NCBI GenBank assembly: GCA_963848295.1
Contig: CAWKDB010000010.1
Coordinates: forward strand, 4,512,001 to 4,576,000
DNA from: an uncultured delta proteobacterium
GTDB taxonomy: Bacteria > Myxococcota_A > Polyangia > Haliangiales > Haliangiaceae
Direction: 5' to 3'
Length of the DNA stretch: 64,000 nt
Below the pieces are notes generated by a model, which was not told where the DNA came from, did not search any database, and worked only from the letters and a program-made list of their open reading frames with translations. Position numbers and translations under genes: made by a program. Shown here piece after piece: positions 30,301 to 40,646 of this stretch (positions are counted from its first letter, which is position 1; each line of letters starts with the position of its first letter).

Positions 30301-30846
30301 ATGAAAATGACCAAGCTCATCACGATCGTCGCGTGTCTCTCCCTCGTCACCGCTTGCAAGAAGAAGGACGCAGGTGGCGATCAATCCGCCCCCGGCGCCG
30401 CTCCGCCCGCGCCCGCCGCGAAGGCGGCCGAGCCCGCCGCCGGCCCGCCGGTCGACAAGAAGCTCGCGCAAGTCGGCGTCACGATCTCGGTCCCCGCCGA
30501 TGCGCACATCGATGAAGGCAAGATGGACATGGGCGGCATCCAGGCGACGGTCAGCTTCGACGGTATGCAGAACTTCTTCGTGTCGAACGTCAACGACAGC
30601 TCGGACAACCTCGATCGCACGATGAAGCAAGCCAACGCGAAGGACTGGAAGGTCCAGGACAAGGCGGCGGACGGCTCGACGTGGACGCTCGAATGGACCG
30701 CGCCGAGGATGAGCGATCCGTCGAAGATCGCGTACGGCGTCGCGGTGCGCTCGAAGGTCGGCGCGGCGCTCTACGACTGCGGCTCGAATGGCCTCGAGGA
30801 GGCGCAGGCGACCGCGCTGCTCAAGATCTGCACGTCGTTGAAGTAA
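30301..30846 (+). CDS. Lipoprotein
   Basis: LVTAC lipobox followed by KKK and a Pro/Ala linker. Confidence 0.75.
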   Translation: MKMTKLITIVACLSLVTACKKKDAGGDQSAPGAAPPAPAAKAAEPAAGPPVDKKLAQVGVTISVPADAHIDEGKMDMGGIQATVSFDGMQNFFVSNVNDSSDNLDRTMKQANAKDWKVQDKAADGSTWTLEWTAPRMSDPSKIAYGVAVRSKVGAALYDCGSNGLEEAQATALLKICTSLK

Positions 30847-30886
30847 CTCGCGCGCCCCGCGACATCGAGCGGCTCGCAGCTCCGGT

Positions 30887-31321
30887 TCAGCAGCCGGCGT
30901 CGGCGAGCGTCTTCACGAGCTTGGCGTCCTGATCCTTACAGGCCCCAGCCGTCGCGGTCTTCAACATGTCCTTCTTGTCCTTGTCGGTCTCGCTCTTGTA
31001 GCTGGCGACCACGTCCTTGAGGCCGCTGATCGCCGCGATCAGGCTGGCCTGACCCTCCTGGTTCAACTTCGTGCACGCGACGCCCTTCTTGAACGACGCG
31101 ATCAGCGCATCGCACTCGGGCAGCACGCCGGCCTCGGGTAGCATCGCGGTGGCGTCCTTGACCCAGGACGGCTCGGCGGGCTTGGCTTCGGCCGGCGGCG
31201 CCGCCTTGTCTGCGGGCGCGGCCTTGTCCGCGGCGGCTGGCTTATCGGCGCCGTCGTTGGCCTTCTTCTTACACGAGGCGAGCGCGAGCACGAGCATGAT
31301 AGCGATCGAGGTTCGTTGCAT
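30887..31321 (-). CDS. Lipoprotein
   Basis: LALASC lipobox, ADKAAP repeats, GVLPECD and terminal AGC. Confidence 0.75.
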   Translation of the reverse strand: MQRTSIAIMLVLALASCKKKANDGADKPAAADKAAPADKAAPPAEAKPAEPSWVKDATAMLPEAGVLPECDALIASFKKGVACTKLNQEGQASLIAAISGLKDVVASYKSETDKDKKDMLKTATAGACKDQDAKLVKTLADAGC

Positions 31322-31484
31322 GAGCGTGACTGTCGCGCGAACGGGGCGCAACCGCAACGCCTGGCGAGTCGACCTCGTGCGAAGAAATTACCCCGGGTGC
31401 GCTGCTGAATCTCGGCGCTGGTGGGGCACCGCGAGGACGACCACATTCTCGTGCTCGACCAGAAAGAACACCGGACGAAGGCGG

Positions 31485-32138
31485 CTACTCGCTGGTTTCG
31501 TCGTCGGCCCCCGGCTCGCGCGGCGCGGGCAGCGGGCGAGGCGGCAGGAGCTCGGGCTCGGTCTCGACCGGCGCGGCCATGAAGATCGCGGCGTCGAGCT
31601 TCTTGAACGTGCGCTTCTTGTACCACTCGAGCGCGGTCTCGTTGTTCTCGGCGACCTCGAGCACGAGGTGATTGAGCCCGTGGACGCGCGCGAGGTGATG
31701 CAGCTGCTCGAGCACGAACGAGCCGACGCCGCGACTGTGCATGCCGGGATGGACCGCGAGCTCGTCGACGAACAACGGGTTCATGTCGCGCTTCTCGAAG
31801 TAGCGCGGGTTGATCCAGTTGTCGGAGCCGGTGACCTCGTAGCTGCACTCGGCGTACGCGACGATCTCGCCTTCGATCTCGAAGATCAGCTGCTCGATGC
31901 CGTCTTCTTCGAACACCTCCTCGAACCGATGCTTCGAGCGCGGGCGCTGGTACTCGACGGTCTCGGCGTTGACCTCGCGAAAGCTGAGCTTCAGGAAGTC
32001 CCACACGCGGTTGATGTCGCGCCGGGTCATGTGGCGGACCTCGATCAGCGGGCCGGCGGCGGTCTTGCCGCGACCGGCGCGCTTCGGCGCGATCGCGATC
32101 GCCTCGCCGGTCTTGCGCGGCGTGCGCTTGCGAGGCAT
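31485..32138 (-). CDS. GNAT family N-acetyltransferase
   Basis: VDELAVHPGMHSRGVGS, LEVAENNETALEWYKKRTF; TAATG overlap with def. Confidence 0.88.
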   Translation of the reverse strand: MPRKRTPRKTGEAIAIAPKRAGRGKTAAGPLIEVRHMTRRDINRVWDFLKLSFREVNAETVEYQRPRSKHRFEEVFEEDGIEQLIFEIEGEIVAYAECSYEVTGSDNWINPRYFEKRDMNPLFVDELAVHPGMHSRGVGSFVLEQLHHLARVHGLNHLVLEVAENNETALEWYKKRTFKKLDAAIFMAAPVETEPELLPPRPLPAPREPGADDETSE

Positions 32139-32710
32139 TACGACCCGACCCGCGCGACGAGCTGCTGGATCCGCTCGACGAACGCCGCCTTGTGATGGCG
32201 GTCGAACTCGGTCCAGGTCGTGAACGTCGTCGGATCGGCGCGGTCGACGAACACCTTGCCGTCGAGGTGATCGACCTCGTGCTGGTAGGTCCCGGCCTTG
32301 AGCCCGTGGACGACCTCGTCGATCGCGTGGCCGTGGCGGTCCCATGCCTGGACGCGGAGGTGGACGAACCGCTTCACCAGGCCGCGCAGGTTCGGCACCG
32401 ACAGGCAGCCCTCGTAGTTGTCGAACTGCTCGTCGGTGGTCGGCGTCAGCACCGGGTTGACGAGGATGGTCAACGGAATCTGCGGCTTGTACGGGTAGCG
32501 CGGGTTGTCGCGGACCTCGATCGCGGCGATCCGGATCGGCTCGTAGACCTGGATCGCCGCGAGCCCGGCGCCGTCGGCGTCGCGCATCGTCTCGACCAGA
32601 TCGTCGATGAACCGCTGGGTCGCGGAGGTCGCGAGCTCGTCGCGGCTGACCTCGCGCGCGACCTGTCGGAGCACCGGGTGTCCGATCTGGGCGATCTTGC
32701 GGATGGCCAT
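32138..32710 (-). CDS. def: Peptide deformylase
   Basis: GAGLAAIQV, EGCLSV, QHEVDHLDG. Confidence 0.95.
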   Translation of the reverse strand: MAIRKIAQIGHPVLRQVAREVSRDELATSATQRFIDDLVETMRDADGAGLAAIQVYEPIRIAAIEVRDNPRYPYKPQIPLTILVNPVLTPTTDEQFDNYEGCLSVPNLRGLVKRFVHLRVQAWDRHGHAIDEVVHGLKAGTYQHEVDHLDGKVFVDRADPTTFTTWTEFDRHHKAAFVERIQQLVARVGS

Positions 32711-32827
32711 GATCGGAATGTAGCTCACGTAGCGCGAACCGGGCGTCGCTGCGAGGTCAGCGAATGCGATCCGTGGGGCTTTACGCCGGGTCCCTATCAC
32801 GGCATAGGCTCGGGTCCCGGAGGTTCC

Positions 32828-33406
32828 ATGCGTTTGTCTCGCCTACATCAAGTGTCGCTCGTCCTCGCCGCGTTCGGCACTAGCGCCGCTTTCGTTGCCT
32901 GTGGCGGTGGGGGTGGTGGCGGCGGCGGCGGGAACGGCCCGGACGCGAAGGTGTTCCTCGACGCGAAGGTGTTCCTCGACGCCCCTCCCGGCCTTCAGGG
33001 CCTCGGTCAGAAGTGCGCAGCGCTCGGCTCGAATGCACCCGATTGTCCAGCGGACGCACCGGACTGCCTTGGCATTGCGCTGTCCTCGACGACGAACAGC
33101 ACGTTCTACTGCTCGCCGGAATGTGATACCGGCGCGAGCGGCATGACGAACGGTAGCGCGCAGCTCACGACCGTCACGCCGGCGCCGGGCACTCAGTGCA
33201 TGACGGCATACAGCGGCGGCACGGCCGCGACGCCAGCGTGCGGACTTATCCTCGCGACCACCCCCGCGGACAACCCGCTCAAGGCGAACACCAGCTACAC
33301 GGGCATCGTGCTCGGCTGCGTGATCGAGTGCGGCGGAACGGGCATGACCACCTGCCCGACCGGCCTGACGTGTAACACGACCGCGAAGCTCTGCTTCCCG
33401 AACTAG
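32828..33406 (+). CDS. Cys-rich lipoprotein
   Basis: GGAGG RBS; FVAC plus poly-Gly; duplicated DAKVFL (18-bp repeat). Confidence 0.75.
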   Translation: MRLSRLHQVSLVLAAFGTSAAFVACGGGGGGGGGGNGPDAKVFLDAKVFLDAPPGLQGLGQKCAALGSNAPDCPADAPDCLGIALSSTTNSTFYCSPECDTGASGMTNGSAQLTTVTPAPGTQCMTAYSGGTAATPACGLILATTPADNPLKANTSYTGIVLGCVIECGGTGMTTCPTGLTCNTTAKLCFPN

Positions 33407-33483
33407 TCGACGTCGGCCACTCGGCCGCGGCGTAGGCGTACTGCGATCGGACGCGTTGCCGCCGTCAGCGCAGCGACCGCTGA

Positions 33484-34233
33484 CTAGTGGCGGTGGCTGA
33501 GGTGGCTGTGGAGCGGGATACCGTCGATCTGTACGTGGCGAACTTGGGTGCCGTCCGCTTTGATCGCCGCGGTGATGGTTCCGTCGAACGTCAGCGACGT
33601 GATCGACGAGGTGCAGCTGTCGACCACGCCGTCGACCGGGATCGGGTTGCCCTGGTCGTCGCTGCCCGTCATCACGTGCTCGAACATGACGTTCGACAAC
33701 GAACCGGCGATCTTCGTCGTGCTCAGCGTCGTGAGCGTGAGCGTGCCGCTCGTCGGGAAGTAGAAGTCAGTGGGAGCGCCGCCCGAACCGACCGCGTGAT
33801 AGTCGGTGTCGATCGTGATGCACGCGCCGCAGTCCATGAGCGTGTCATCGGAACCGGCGGTGCCGAGCGTATACGTCCCGGCCTTGAAGCTCGACGTGAA
33901 CGAGCCGTAGCCGGCGTACAGCTCGATGTCGATGAGGTCGGGCATGGCGTCGGCGTTGATCGCGTTGATGTAGTACGCGTCTGACCCGGCCTGGGCCGTG
34001 GCGGCATCGTAGCCGTCGACCGCCATCGTATCGTCGACGGTCGGCGAGCCGTAGCTCGCGGTCGCCGTGCAGGTCACGCCGCTCGTGTCCTGGCCGCCCG
34101 GCGAATCGTGCAGCGTGATGTGCGAATCGATATGCGCGTTGCTGCCGCCGCCGCACGCGACGAGCTGCGCGACGATGACGGACGGGATGGTGACAACGAC
34201 GCCGAGCGCGGGAAGATGACGACGAACGACCAC
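33484..34233 (-). CDS. Lipoprotein, tandem paralog 1
   Basis: VAQLVACGGG; CTATASYGSPT, PDLIDIELYAGYG, CGAC shared with the neighbour. Confidence 0.8.
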   Translation of the reverse strand: MVVRRHLPALGVVVTIPSVIVAQLVACGGGSNAHIDSHITLHDSPGGQDTSGVTCTATASYGSPTVDDTMAVDGYDAATAQAGSDAYYINAINADAMPDLIDIELYAGYGSFTSSFKAGTYTLGTAGSDDTLMDCGACITIDTDYHAVGSGGAPTDFYFPTSGTLTLTTLSTTKIAGSLSNVMFEHVMTGSDDQGNPIPVDGVVDSCTSSITSLTFDGTITAAIKADGTQVRHVQIDGIPLHSHLSHRH

Positions 34234-34382
34234 GGGACACCTCTTGGTTTGGACGCCGGAACTTAGCCGAAATCGCGGGCGGGCGATCGAGTGCGCGAGC
34301 TATTCTCGTCTCACGGCCGATGCGAACCTGCGTTCGCTACGTCACGTGCGCATTTCGCGCAGGACCGGGGAGTTACCCGGCG

Positions 34383-35117
34383 CTACTTGCGGTCGTGGAG
34401 GTGCACGCGGACGGGGATGCCGTCGACCGTCTGCGGCGCGATGTTGCTCGGCTGCATCGTCGGCGTCGCGGTGAAGCTCGCCGCGGTGATCGCGCTCTGG
34501 CAGCCGTCGGCCGCGATGGTGTCGCCGGGGATCGGAGAGCCGGTGCTGTCGCTGCCGGCATCGACGTGCGCGAACGTGACGTTCGACAGCGAGCCGGCGA
34601 GCGAGCTCGTGCCGACCGAGGTCAGGGTCAGCGTGCCGCCGGTCGCGAAGTAGAAGTCGGTCACGACGTTCTGGCTCGAGAGGTCGGTGTCGATCACGAC
34701 GCACGCTCCGCACGTCGAGAACATCGTCTCGCCGCCGGTGCCGAGCGTGTACGTGCCGGTGCGAACCAACCCGGTGCCGGACTCGAACGCGCCGTAGCCG
34801 GAGTAGAGATCGATCTCGAGCAAGTCGGGCGTCGAATCGGTGTTGAGCCCGTTCAAGTAGTACTCGAGAAAGCCGGTGTCCTGGCTCGAGCCGCTGCCGA
34901 GGTACTCCGCATCGGCGGTCGCGGTGCTCAAGGTCGGCGAGCCGTAGCTCGCGGTCGCGGTGCAGTTGCCGTTCGTGTTGATGTCGCCGCCGCCCGCCGG
35001 GGAGTCGTGCAACATGATGTGACCGCCGCCGCCACCGCCGCACGCGACGAGCTGCGCGACGAGGACGGACGGCACGGTGATCGCGACACCGATGGCCGGG
35101 AGATGACGACGGAGCAT
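34383..35117 (-). CDS. Lipoprotein, tandem paralog 2
   Basis: VAQLVACGGG; CTATASYGSPT, PDLLEIDLYSGYG, CGAC. Confidence 0.8.
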   Translation of the reverse strand: MLRRHLPAIGVAITVPSVLVAQLVACGGGGGGHIMLHDSPAGGGDINTNGNCTATASYGSPTLSTATADAEYLGSGSSQDTGFLEYYLNGLNTDSTPDLLEIDLYSGYGAFESGTGLVRTGTYTLGTGGETMFSTCGACVVIDTDLSSQNVVTDFYFATGGTLTLTSVGTSSLAGSLSNVTFAHVDAGSDSTGSPIPGDTIAADGCQSAITAASFTATPTMQPSNIAPQTVDGIPVRVHLHDRK

Positions 35118-35135
35118 CCCTCGACGGTAACCGAG

Positions 35136-36236
35136 CTACGCGGCGGGCGCGAGCGCGTCGAGGCCGATCGCCTGCTCGAGCGATGCGAGGCCGGCGGCGC
35201 GGACGAGCGCGGCGAGCTCGCGATGTAGGCGGCGCGGCCACAGCGGGCCACCGTAGATGAAGCCGGTGTACGCCTGGACGAGCGTCGCGCCGGCGCGGAT
35301 GCGTTGCCAGATGTCGGCCGCGGACTCGATACCGCCGACCGAGATGATCACGAGCCGGCTGCCGACGCGCGCACGCAACCGGCGCAGCACGTCGAGCGAG
35401 CGCGCTGCGAGCGGCGCGCCCGACAGGCCGCCGGCGCCGAGCGCGGTCACGGTCGGCTCCGCGGTCGCCAGGCCGGCGCGGGAGATCGTGGTGTTCGTCG
35501 CGATGATGCCCTCGAGCCCGAGCTCGAGCGCGAGGTCGGCGATCGCGTCGATGTCGGCGTCGGCGAGATCGGGCGCGATCTTGACGAGCAGCGGCACGCG
35601 GCGTTGCGGCGATACCACTTCGCAGGCGGCGCGCACCGCGCGCAGGAGCGGCCGCAGCTTGTCGACCGCCTGGAGATCGCGCAACCCGGGCGTGTTCGGC
35701 GAGCTGACGTTGACGACGAGGTAATCGGCGAACCGCGCGAGCTCCTCGGCGCTCGCCTTGAAGTCGCGGATCGCATCGGCTTCGTCGACCCGCTTGGTCT
35801 TGCCGATGTTGACGCCGATCACACCGGTGCGAGGGCGAGCGAGCCGGCGCGCCGCGGCCGCAGCGCCGTGGTTGTTGAAGCCCATGCGATTGACGAGCGC
35901 GCGATCGCGCGGCAGGCGAAACAGCCGCGGCTTGGGATTACCCGGCTGGGCCTCGGCGGTCACCGTGCCGACCTCGACGTAGCCAAAGCCGAGCGCGAGC
36001 AGCGCCGCCGGGCCCTTCGCGTCCTTGTCGAAGCCGGCCGCGAGCCCCAACGGGCCCGGTAGCTCGCGGCCGAACGCGTGGACCCGCAGCACCGGATCGC
36101 GAGGCGCGAGCCAGCGGGCGAGCAGCGCGCGCACGCCGGGGATCGCCGCGACCGTGCGGAGCAGCGCGAACGACACGCGATGCGTCGCCTCGGCGGGCAG
36201 CCGCGACAGGAACAGCCGGTAGAACAGCCGGTACAA
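35136..36236 (-). CDS. pyrD: Quinone-dependent dihydroorotate dehydrogenase
   Basis: [42 protein letters not shown]. Confidence 0.96.
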   Translation of the reverse strand: MYRLFYRLFLSRLPAEATHRVSFALLRTVAAIPGVRALLARWLAPRDPVLRVHAFGRELPGPLGLAAGFDKDAKGPAALLALGFGYVEVGTVTAEAQPGNPKPRLFRLPRDRALVNRMGFNNHGAAAAARRLARPRTGVIGVNIGKTKRVDEADAIRDFKASAEELARFADYLVVNVSSPNTPGLRDLQAVDKLRPLLRAVRAACEVVSPQRRVPLLVKIAPDLADADIDAIADLALELGLEGIIATNTTISRAGLATAEPTVTALGAGGLSGAPLAARSLDVLRRLRARVGSRLVIISVGGIESAADIWQRIRAGATLVQAYTGFIYGGPLWPRRLHRELAALVRAAGLASLEQAIGLDALAPAA

Positions 36237-36263
36237 GCGACGCGGTTATCGCACGGCCGGAGC

Positions 36264-37406
36264 TCAGCGGCCTCGGGTCAGCGCGATCACGCCGAACATC
36301 CCGACGAAGCTCGACATCATCGTCTTGCCGTGGCCCTCGCTGCACTCGATGTGGTCCGCCGCGACGCAGCTATCGATGTAGTCCACCGGCCCGCGCAGCG
36401 GGTGCGCGCCGATGTGGATCTCGCCATCGAAAATGCCGCCGAACGCGAGCGTCGAGCCCGTGCGCCCCGTCCACATGACTTGCGCGAACGAGTCGAGGCC
36501 CGTTCCGATCGCGACGTGGCGCAATTCGATCACCGGCACGCGGTAAGCGCGGTGCGTGGCGATGTCGACGATCGTCAGCCCGAGATCGCGGTCGCCCTGC
36601 GCGAGGTTCGCGTAGGGCTCGAGAGACGCGATCTCTGTCGCGCCGAGGCTCGTGCGGTTCGCGGCGACGCGGGCCGGTTGATCGAACTCGTCGAGGATCG
36701 CTGCGGTGTGCACGTCGAGCACCGTGATCCGCACGTGGTCGCGATCGAGGCCGAGGCGCATGACCAGCCGGTCATCGCCGAGGGGCACGAGATCGCCAAG
36801 CCGCGTGTTGCCACCGCCCGGGACCGAGACCCGCGCGCGCTCGTCGCCGGTGTCTGGATCGAGATAGCGGATCACGCACGGTTGGTTGATATCCACGTTC
36901 GTCGCGATCGCGACGCCGCCGGCGACGACTGCAACGGCGATGGCGTCCCTGCTGTCGAGGTGGCCGTGCTCCCAGCGCACCTTGCCGTGACCGTCGATCG
37001 CGAGCTCGCCGTACGCGTTCGCGATCACGGTGAGCGCGCCGGCACGCACGACGCGTCCGCCCTCGGCGCGGGTGATCGTGTCGTTCGCGACGGACCAACC
37101 GATGCGGCCATCGCGGTCGATCTCGTACGCCGCTCGCCGGCCGGCCAGGTAGCCGATGCCGACCGCGCCGTCGCCGAGCGCGATCGCATCGCTATACCGA
37201 GCCGCGATCTGCCAGCGCGTCACTCCGCCGTCGGGCGATACGCGGGTGAGCCCGCGATCGAGCCCGATCAACCAGTCGCCGCCGGCGAGGTGAACCGCGA
37301 CTTCGACCCGCTCGGAGCTCGGTGCCGCGAGCACATCGGTGACGCCGTCGTGCGCGTGCTGGCTCGCTGCACATGCGGCAAGTGCGATGACGACGACAGC
37401 TCGCAT
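36264..37406 (-). CDS. Lipoprotein with PQQ-like beta-propeller repeats
   Basis: LAAC lipobox; DGGVTRW, DGRIGW, HGKVRW, DPDTGD repeats. Confidence 0.6.
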   Translation of the reverse strand: MRAVVVIALAACAASQHAHDGVTDVLAAPSSERVEVAVHLAGGDWLIGLDRGLTRVSPDGGVTRWQIAARYSDAIALGDGAVGIGYLAGRRAAYEIDRDGRIGWSVANDTITRAEGGRVVRAGALTVIANAYGELAIDGHGKVRWEHGHLDSRDAIAVAVVAGGVAIATNVDINQPCVIRYLDPDTGDERARVSVPGGGNTRLGDLVPLGDDRLVMRLGLDRDHVRITVLDVHTAAILDEFDQPARVAANRTSLGATEIASLEPYANLAQGDRDLGLTIVDIATHRAYRVPVIELRHVAIGTGLDSFAQVMWTGRTGSTLAFGGIFDGEIHIGAHPLRGPVDYIDSCVAADHIECSEGHGKTMMSSFVGMFGVIALTRGR

Positions 37407-37437
37407 GCCGTGTGTACGACTACCACAGCTGATCGAT

Positions 37438-37724
37438 CTAACGACGTTTCAACGAATCGCTTTGAGCGGGCGATAGCCGATTCTTCGCGAGGTCGTGCGC
37501 TACCTGGAGGTTCATCCAGAACTCCGGCGAGGTCTCGAGCGCCGATGCGAGCAACCACGCCGTTTCAGGCGTAACACCTCGCTTGCCACTGATGAGCTCG
37601 TTGATTCGCTGCACCGGAACCTTGAGGTGCGCGGCAAGCGCGGTCTGCGCGATGCGGCGGGGCTCGAGAAATCTCGGCGGAGAATCTCGCCAGGGTGAAT
37701 CGGATTTCGCTCTGTCGGGATCAT
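37438..37724 (-). pseudogene. higA: HigA family antitoxin with single-base frameshift near 37670 (possibly assembly error)
   Basis: PIHPGEIL in one frame and FLEP...QRINELISGKRGVTPETAWLL...SPEFWMNLQ in another; adding one T to GATTTCTC joins them. Confidence 0.8.
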
Positions 37725-38029
37725 CTAAACGTCCGTGGCCATGTGTACCAAGCCCGAGGTTCGCAGCGACGTGCAGTCTCGGCCTCGAGCGATTCGCATC
37801 GTCGAGGTGCCGCTCTTCACGATCTCGCCTCCGGCAGTACCGAACCTGTGTCTGAGCTGTTCGTTTGTGACCGACCGCGTCCCTGCGCGCTCGAAGCGCT
37901 CGGCCGCCCACAAGCCGAACAGCGCCTGACGTCACGATGGTTGGGTCGGTCGACCGATTTTGGTGATCGATAAGCGGGGAGAAAACGATCTTCCATCTCA
38001 CCACCGAAAAAATCTTGGTAGCAGCAGGG

Positions 38030-38195
38030 CTGTGGAGCGATGTGGACGGGTGCGCGGCCGCGCCGACCTCCCGCGTGCTCTCGGCCGATCGCGGCGCAGC
38101 CGTCCAAGCGAGCGCGGTCAGCCGCGACTAATCGATTGGCGCGGCGCTGGAACGCCAGCGCGAGCGGCTGTCCGCGCGAGCGTCATCGTCCACAG
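38030..38195. other. Multi-hairpin structured element upstream of the transposase
   Basis: Outer IR 38030-38042/38184-38195; inner stems 38043-49/38100-06, 38112-25/38164-77, 38144-50/38155-61. Confidence 0.5.
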
Positions 38196-38369
38196 GCCAG
38201 AGCATTCGTTTTCCTGCACCTGTGTAGGCACGGACGCCTGTGAATGTGCAACCTCGAACCGTCCTGTACCCCCAGATGTGATGGTTTCCGGGTTTGGACC
38301 CCAGACGGACAATGATCAATATATGCCGAATCATTTGACAGATCGTCGACGTAAGAGAGACTTGTCTTT

Positions 38370-39100
38370 GTGGTGTCATCTTCGAACAAACGCCAGTTGA
38401 CGGTTCCCCGCTTCGACAAGAACGGGCAGCGACGCGTCGGTCCGCATCCCGGTGCGGGGCGCAAACCGAAGGGGCCCCGCGCTGGCGTGACACACGCTCG
38501 GCGCGCCGAGCTCGATCCGAGCAAGCCGCTTCACATCACATTGCGCGTTGTCGCCGCAGTCGCCGCTTTGCGCTCGGAGAAGACCTATCGCGCGATCCGC
38601 CGCGCACTCGTCGTCACCGCGTCTAACCAGCTCGGCTTCCGCATCGTGCACTTCAGCGTTCAGCGCAACCACGTCCACCTGATCTGCGAAGCCGACGACA
38701 AGCGCTCGCTCGCCCGCGGCATGCAGAGCTTCAAGATCTCGGCTGCGAAACAGCTCAACCACGAGCTGCGCCGCCACGGCACCGTGTCTCCGACCGCTAT
38801 CACGTCGAGATCCTCGGTACGCCGACGCAGGCGAGCCACGCGATCAGCTACGTCTTGAACAATTGGCGCAAGCACGGCGAGCACCGAAACACGGTGGGGC
38901 TCTATCGCGGTCGCATCGATCCGTACTCTAGCGGGGCCCAATTCTACGGCTGGTCTGCGCGGCGCTGGCGCACGAGCATCTATCCCGAAGGTTACGAGCG
39001 CGCCGCGATCGCCGCGCCGCTCACGTGGATGCACGGCGTCGGCTACCTCCGCGGCAGCCCGATCAGCGTGTTCGCGGTGCCGAGCCGGCGAGCCATGTAG
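38370..39100 (+). mobile_element. Y1 HUH transposase (REP-associated tyrosine transposase-like), frameshift near 38787
   Basis: PLHITLR, HFSVQRNHVHLI (HUH); after adding one T reads VFSDRYH...YVLNNWRKH (catalytic Tyr); TTGACA at 38335. Confidence 0.85.
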
Positions 39101-39101
39101 G

Positions 39102-39416
39102 TCACCCGCACTTGCTGTCGATGAGAGAGATTACAGCTGCGTCGCCGCGCCGACGTCTCGGATTAGCAGCGGCTATTCGGGGGTGCGGGCGAAGGTCCGA
39201 CAGCCAGCGGGTCCGCCGCACCGGCGCGCCCGATGACATGCGCGGTCTCGCCTCCACCGCGCTGACCTCCCCGACGACATGGGCGCGCCGGCCTTCCTCG
39301 ACACTCGCGATCGGCTGGACCGCGGTCGCCAGCAGCTCGCGGCGCCGCTTCGGCACGGTCCTCGACCACGCGACGAGCGCCCCGACCGCGATCACGATGC
39401 CCGCGACCCACAGCAT
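39102..39416 (-). pseudogene. Probable truncated membrane-anchored protein
   Basis: Plausible N-terminal TM and IASVEEGRRAHVVGEV, then low-quality sequence abutting the transposase end. Confidence 0.35.
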
Positions 39417-39478
39417 GGGTCAGTCTAACCGTCATCGTCGACGTGATGTGTCCAGCCGGCGAATCGCGCGGTAAGAGC

Positions 39479-40600
39479 TCACACCTTCGTGGTGCACATA
39501 GGGCACTTGATGGAGCTTGGCGCCAGGGCGATCGCCGAGCTGCATGACTTGCACGTGCGCGGCGTGCCGAGACCGAGCTCGGTGGCGATGTCCGCCTGCT
39601 GCTTCGCGGCGAGTGGTACGCCTATCTGCATGGCGTAGACGAACGTGAGCTCGCGCTCGCGGTCGGAGCCGGCCGGCGCCTGCCCGGCGACCGTCTTGCG
39701 CGCGAACGCCACGCGCGCACCGAGGTCGCCGCGCGCCATCGCCTGCGCGAGCTGCTGGTCATCGACCTGATCTTGGGTGACGTCGGTGTGACCACTCGCG
39801 TGGTAGACGTCGATGCCGGTGAGGCGCACGCGGAAGGTGGCCGAGCAGTAGGCGCACTGCACGGACTCGGCGAGGTGTGCCAGGACGACCTCGGCGCCGC
39901 AGCGCGTGCAGGTGACGGCGGCGGTTCCGTCGGGCCGGCGCTCGAGCTGCGGTAGCTCGATCCGGTGGCGAGCGTAGTCGCCATCGCTGGCCCATGGCAA
40001 CGCGAGCGCGAAGCTGCGGACCGAGGACACGAGCATCTGGTCGCGCTCGTGCGGGTCGCGCTCGGCCCAATGTGGATCGGCGTCGAGCTGGGCCGTGCAC
40101 ATCGCCGTGTAGCCGGCGATCGCGCCGTCGAAGTCCTGCGCCTGGAGGGCGCGCGCCATTTGATCGTAACCGGGTTTCGCTGCGGTTGGTGCGGGCGGGG
40201 ACGCCGGTTCCGGGATGCCGAGCCGCTGCAGCTGCATGCCGAACAAGAACCGCAGATTGCGCTCGACGAGCGCGGGCGTATCGAGACCGGCCAGGCGGTT
40301 GTAGCCGGTCTCCTCGCGAAGCACGGCGACCCGTCGAATGCTCTCGTACGCGATCTGGTGAGCGCCGGCGATGTCGCCGAGTGAGGCCCGGCGCATCGCC
40401 TCGGCATCGATCGCGTCGAGCTCGGGCTGGATCGCCGCGATGCGCTGCCGTAGCCGCTGCTCACCTTCGGCGTAGGCGGCGCGCGTGGCCTGGTAGATGA
40501 ACGCCGCGCCACAAAATTCGCAACGCTGGTTCACCGCGTCGACCCGCACCGCCGTCGACGCTCCGCAGACGGCGCACTTGATGTCCGTTTCGGCGGTCAC
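39479..40600 (-). CDS. Protein with three zinc-ribbon-like modules
   Basis: CAVC/CEFC, CTRC/CAYC and CKSC/CPMC pairs. Confidence 0.75.
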   Translation of the reverse strand: MTAETDIKCAVCGASTAVRVDAVNQRCEFCGAAFIYQATRAAYAEGEQRLRQRIAAIQPELDAIDAEAMRRASLGDIAGAHQIAYESIRRVAVLREETGYNRLAGLDTPALVERNLRFLFGMQLQRLGIPEPASPPAPTAAKPGYDQMARALQAQDFDGAIAGYTAMCTAQLDADPHWAERDPHERDQMLVSSVRSFALALPWASDGDYARHRIELPQLERRPDGTAAVTCTRCGAEVVLAHLAESVQCAYCSATFRVRLTGIDVYHASGHTDVTQDQVDDQQLAQAMARGDLGARVAFARKTVAGQAPAGSDRERELTFVYAMQIGVPLAAKQQADIATELGLGTPRTCKSCSSAIALAPSSIKCPMCTTKV

Positions 40601-40646
40601 GTTCGGACGTTAACACGCGGTACCTTGCAGCTCTCGGGACCGCGCT

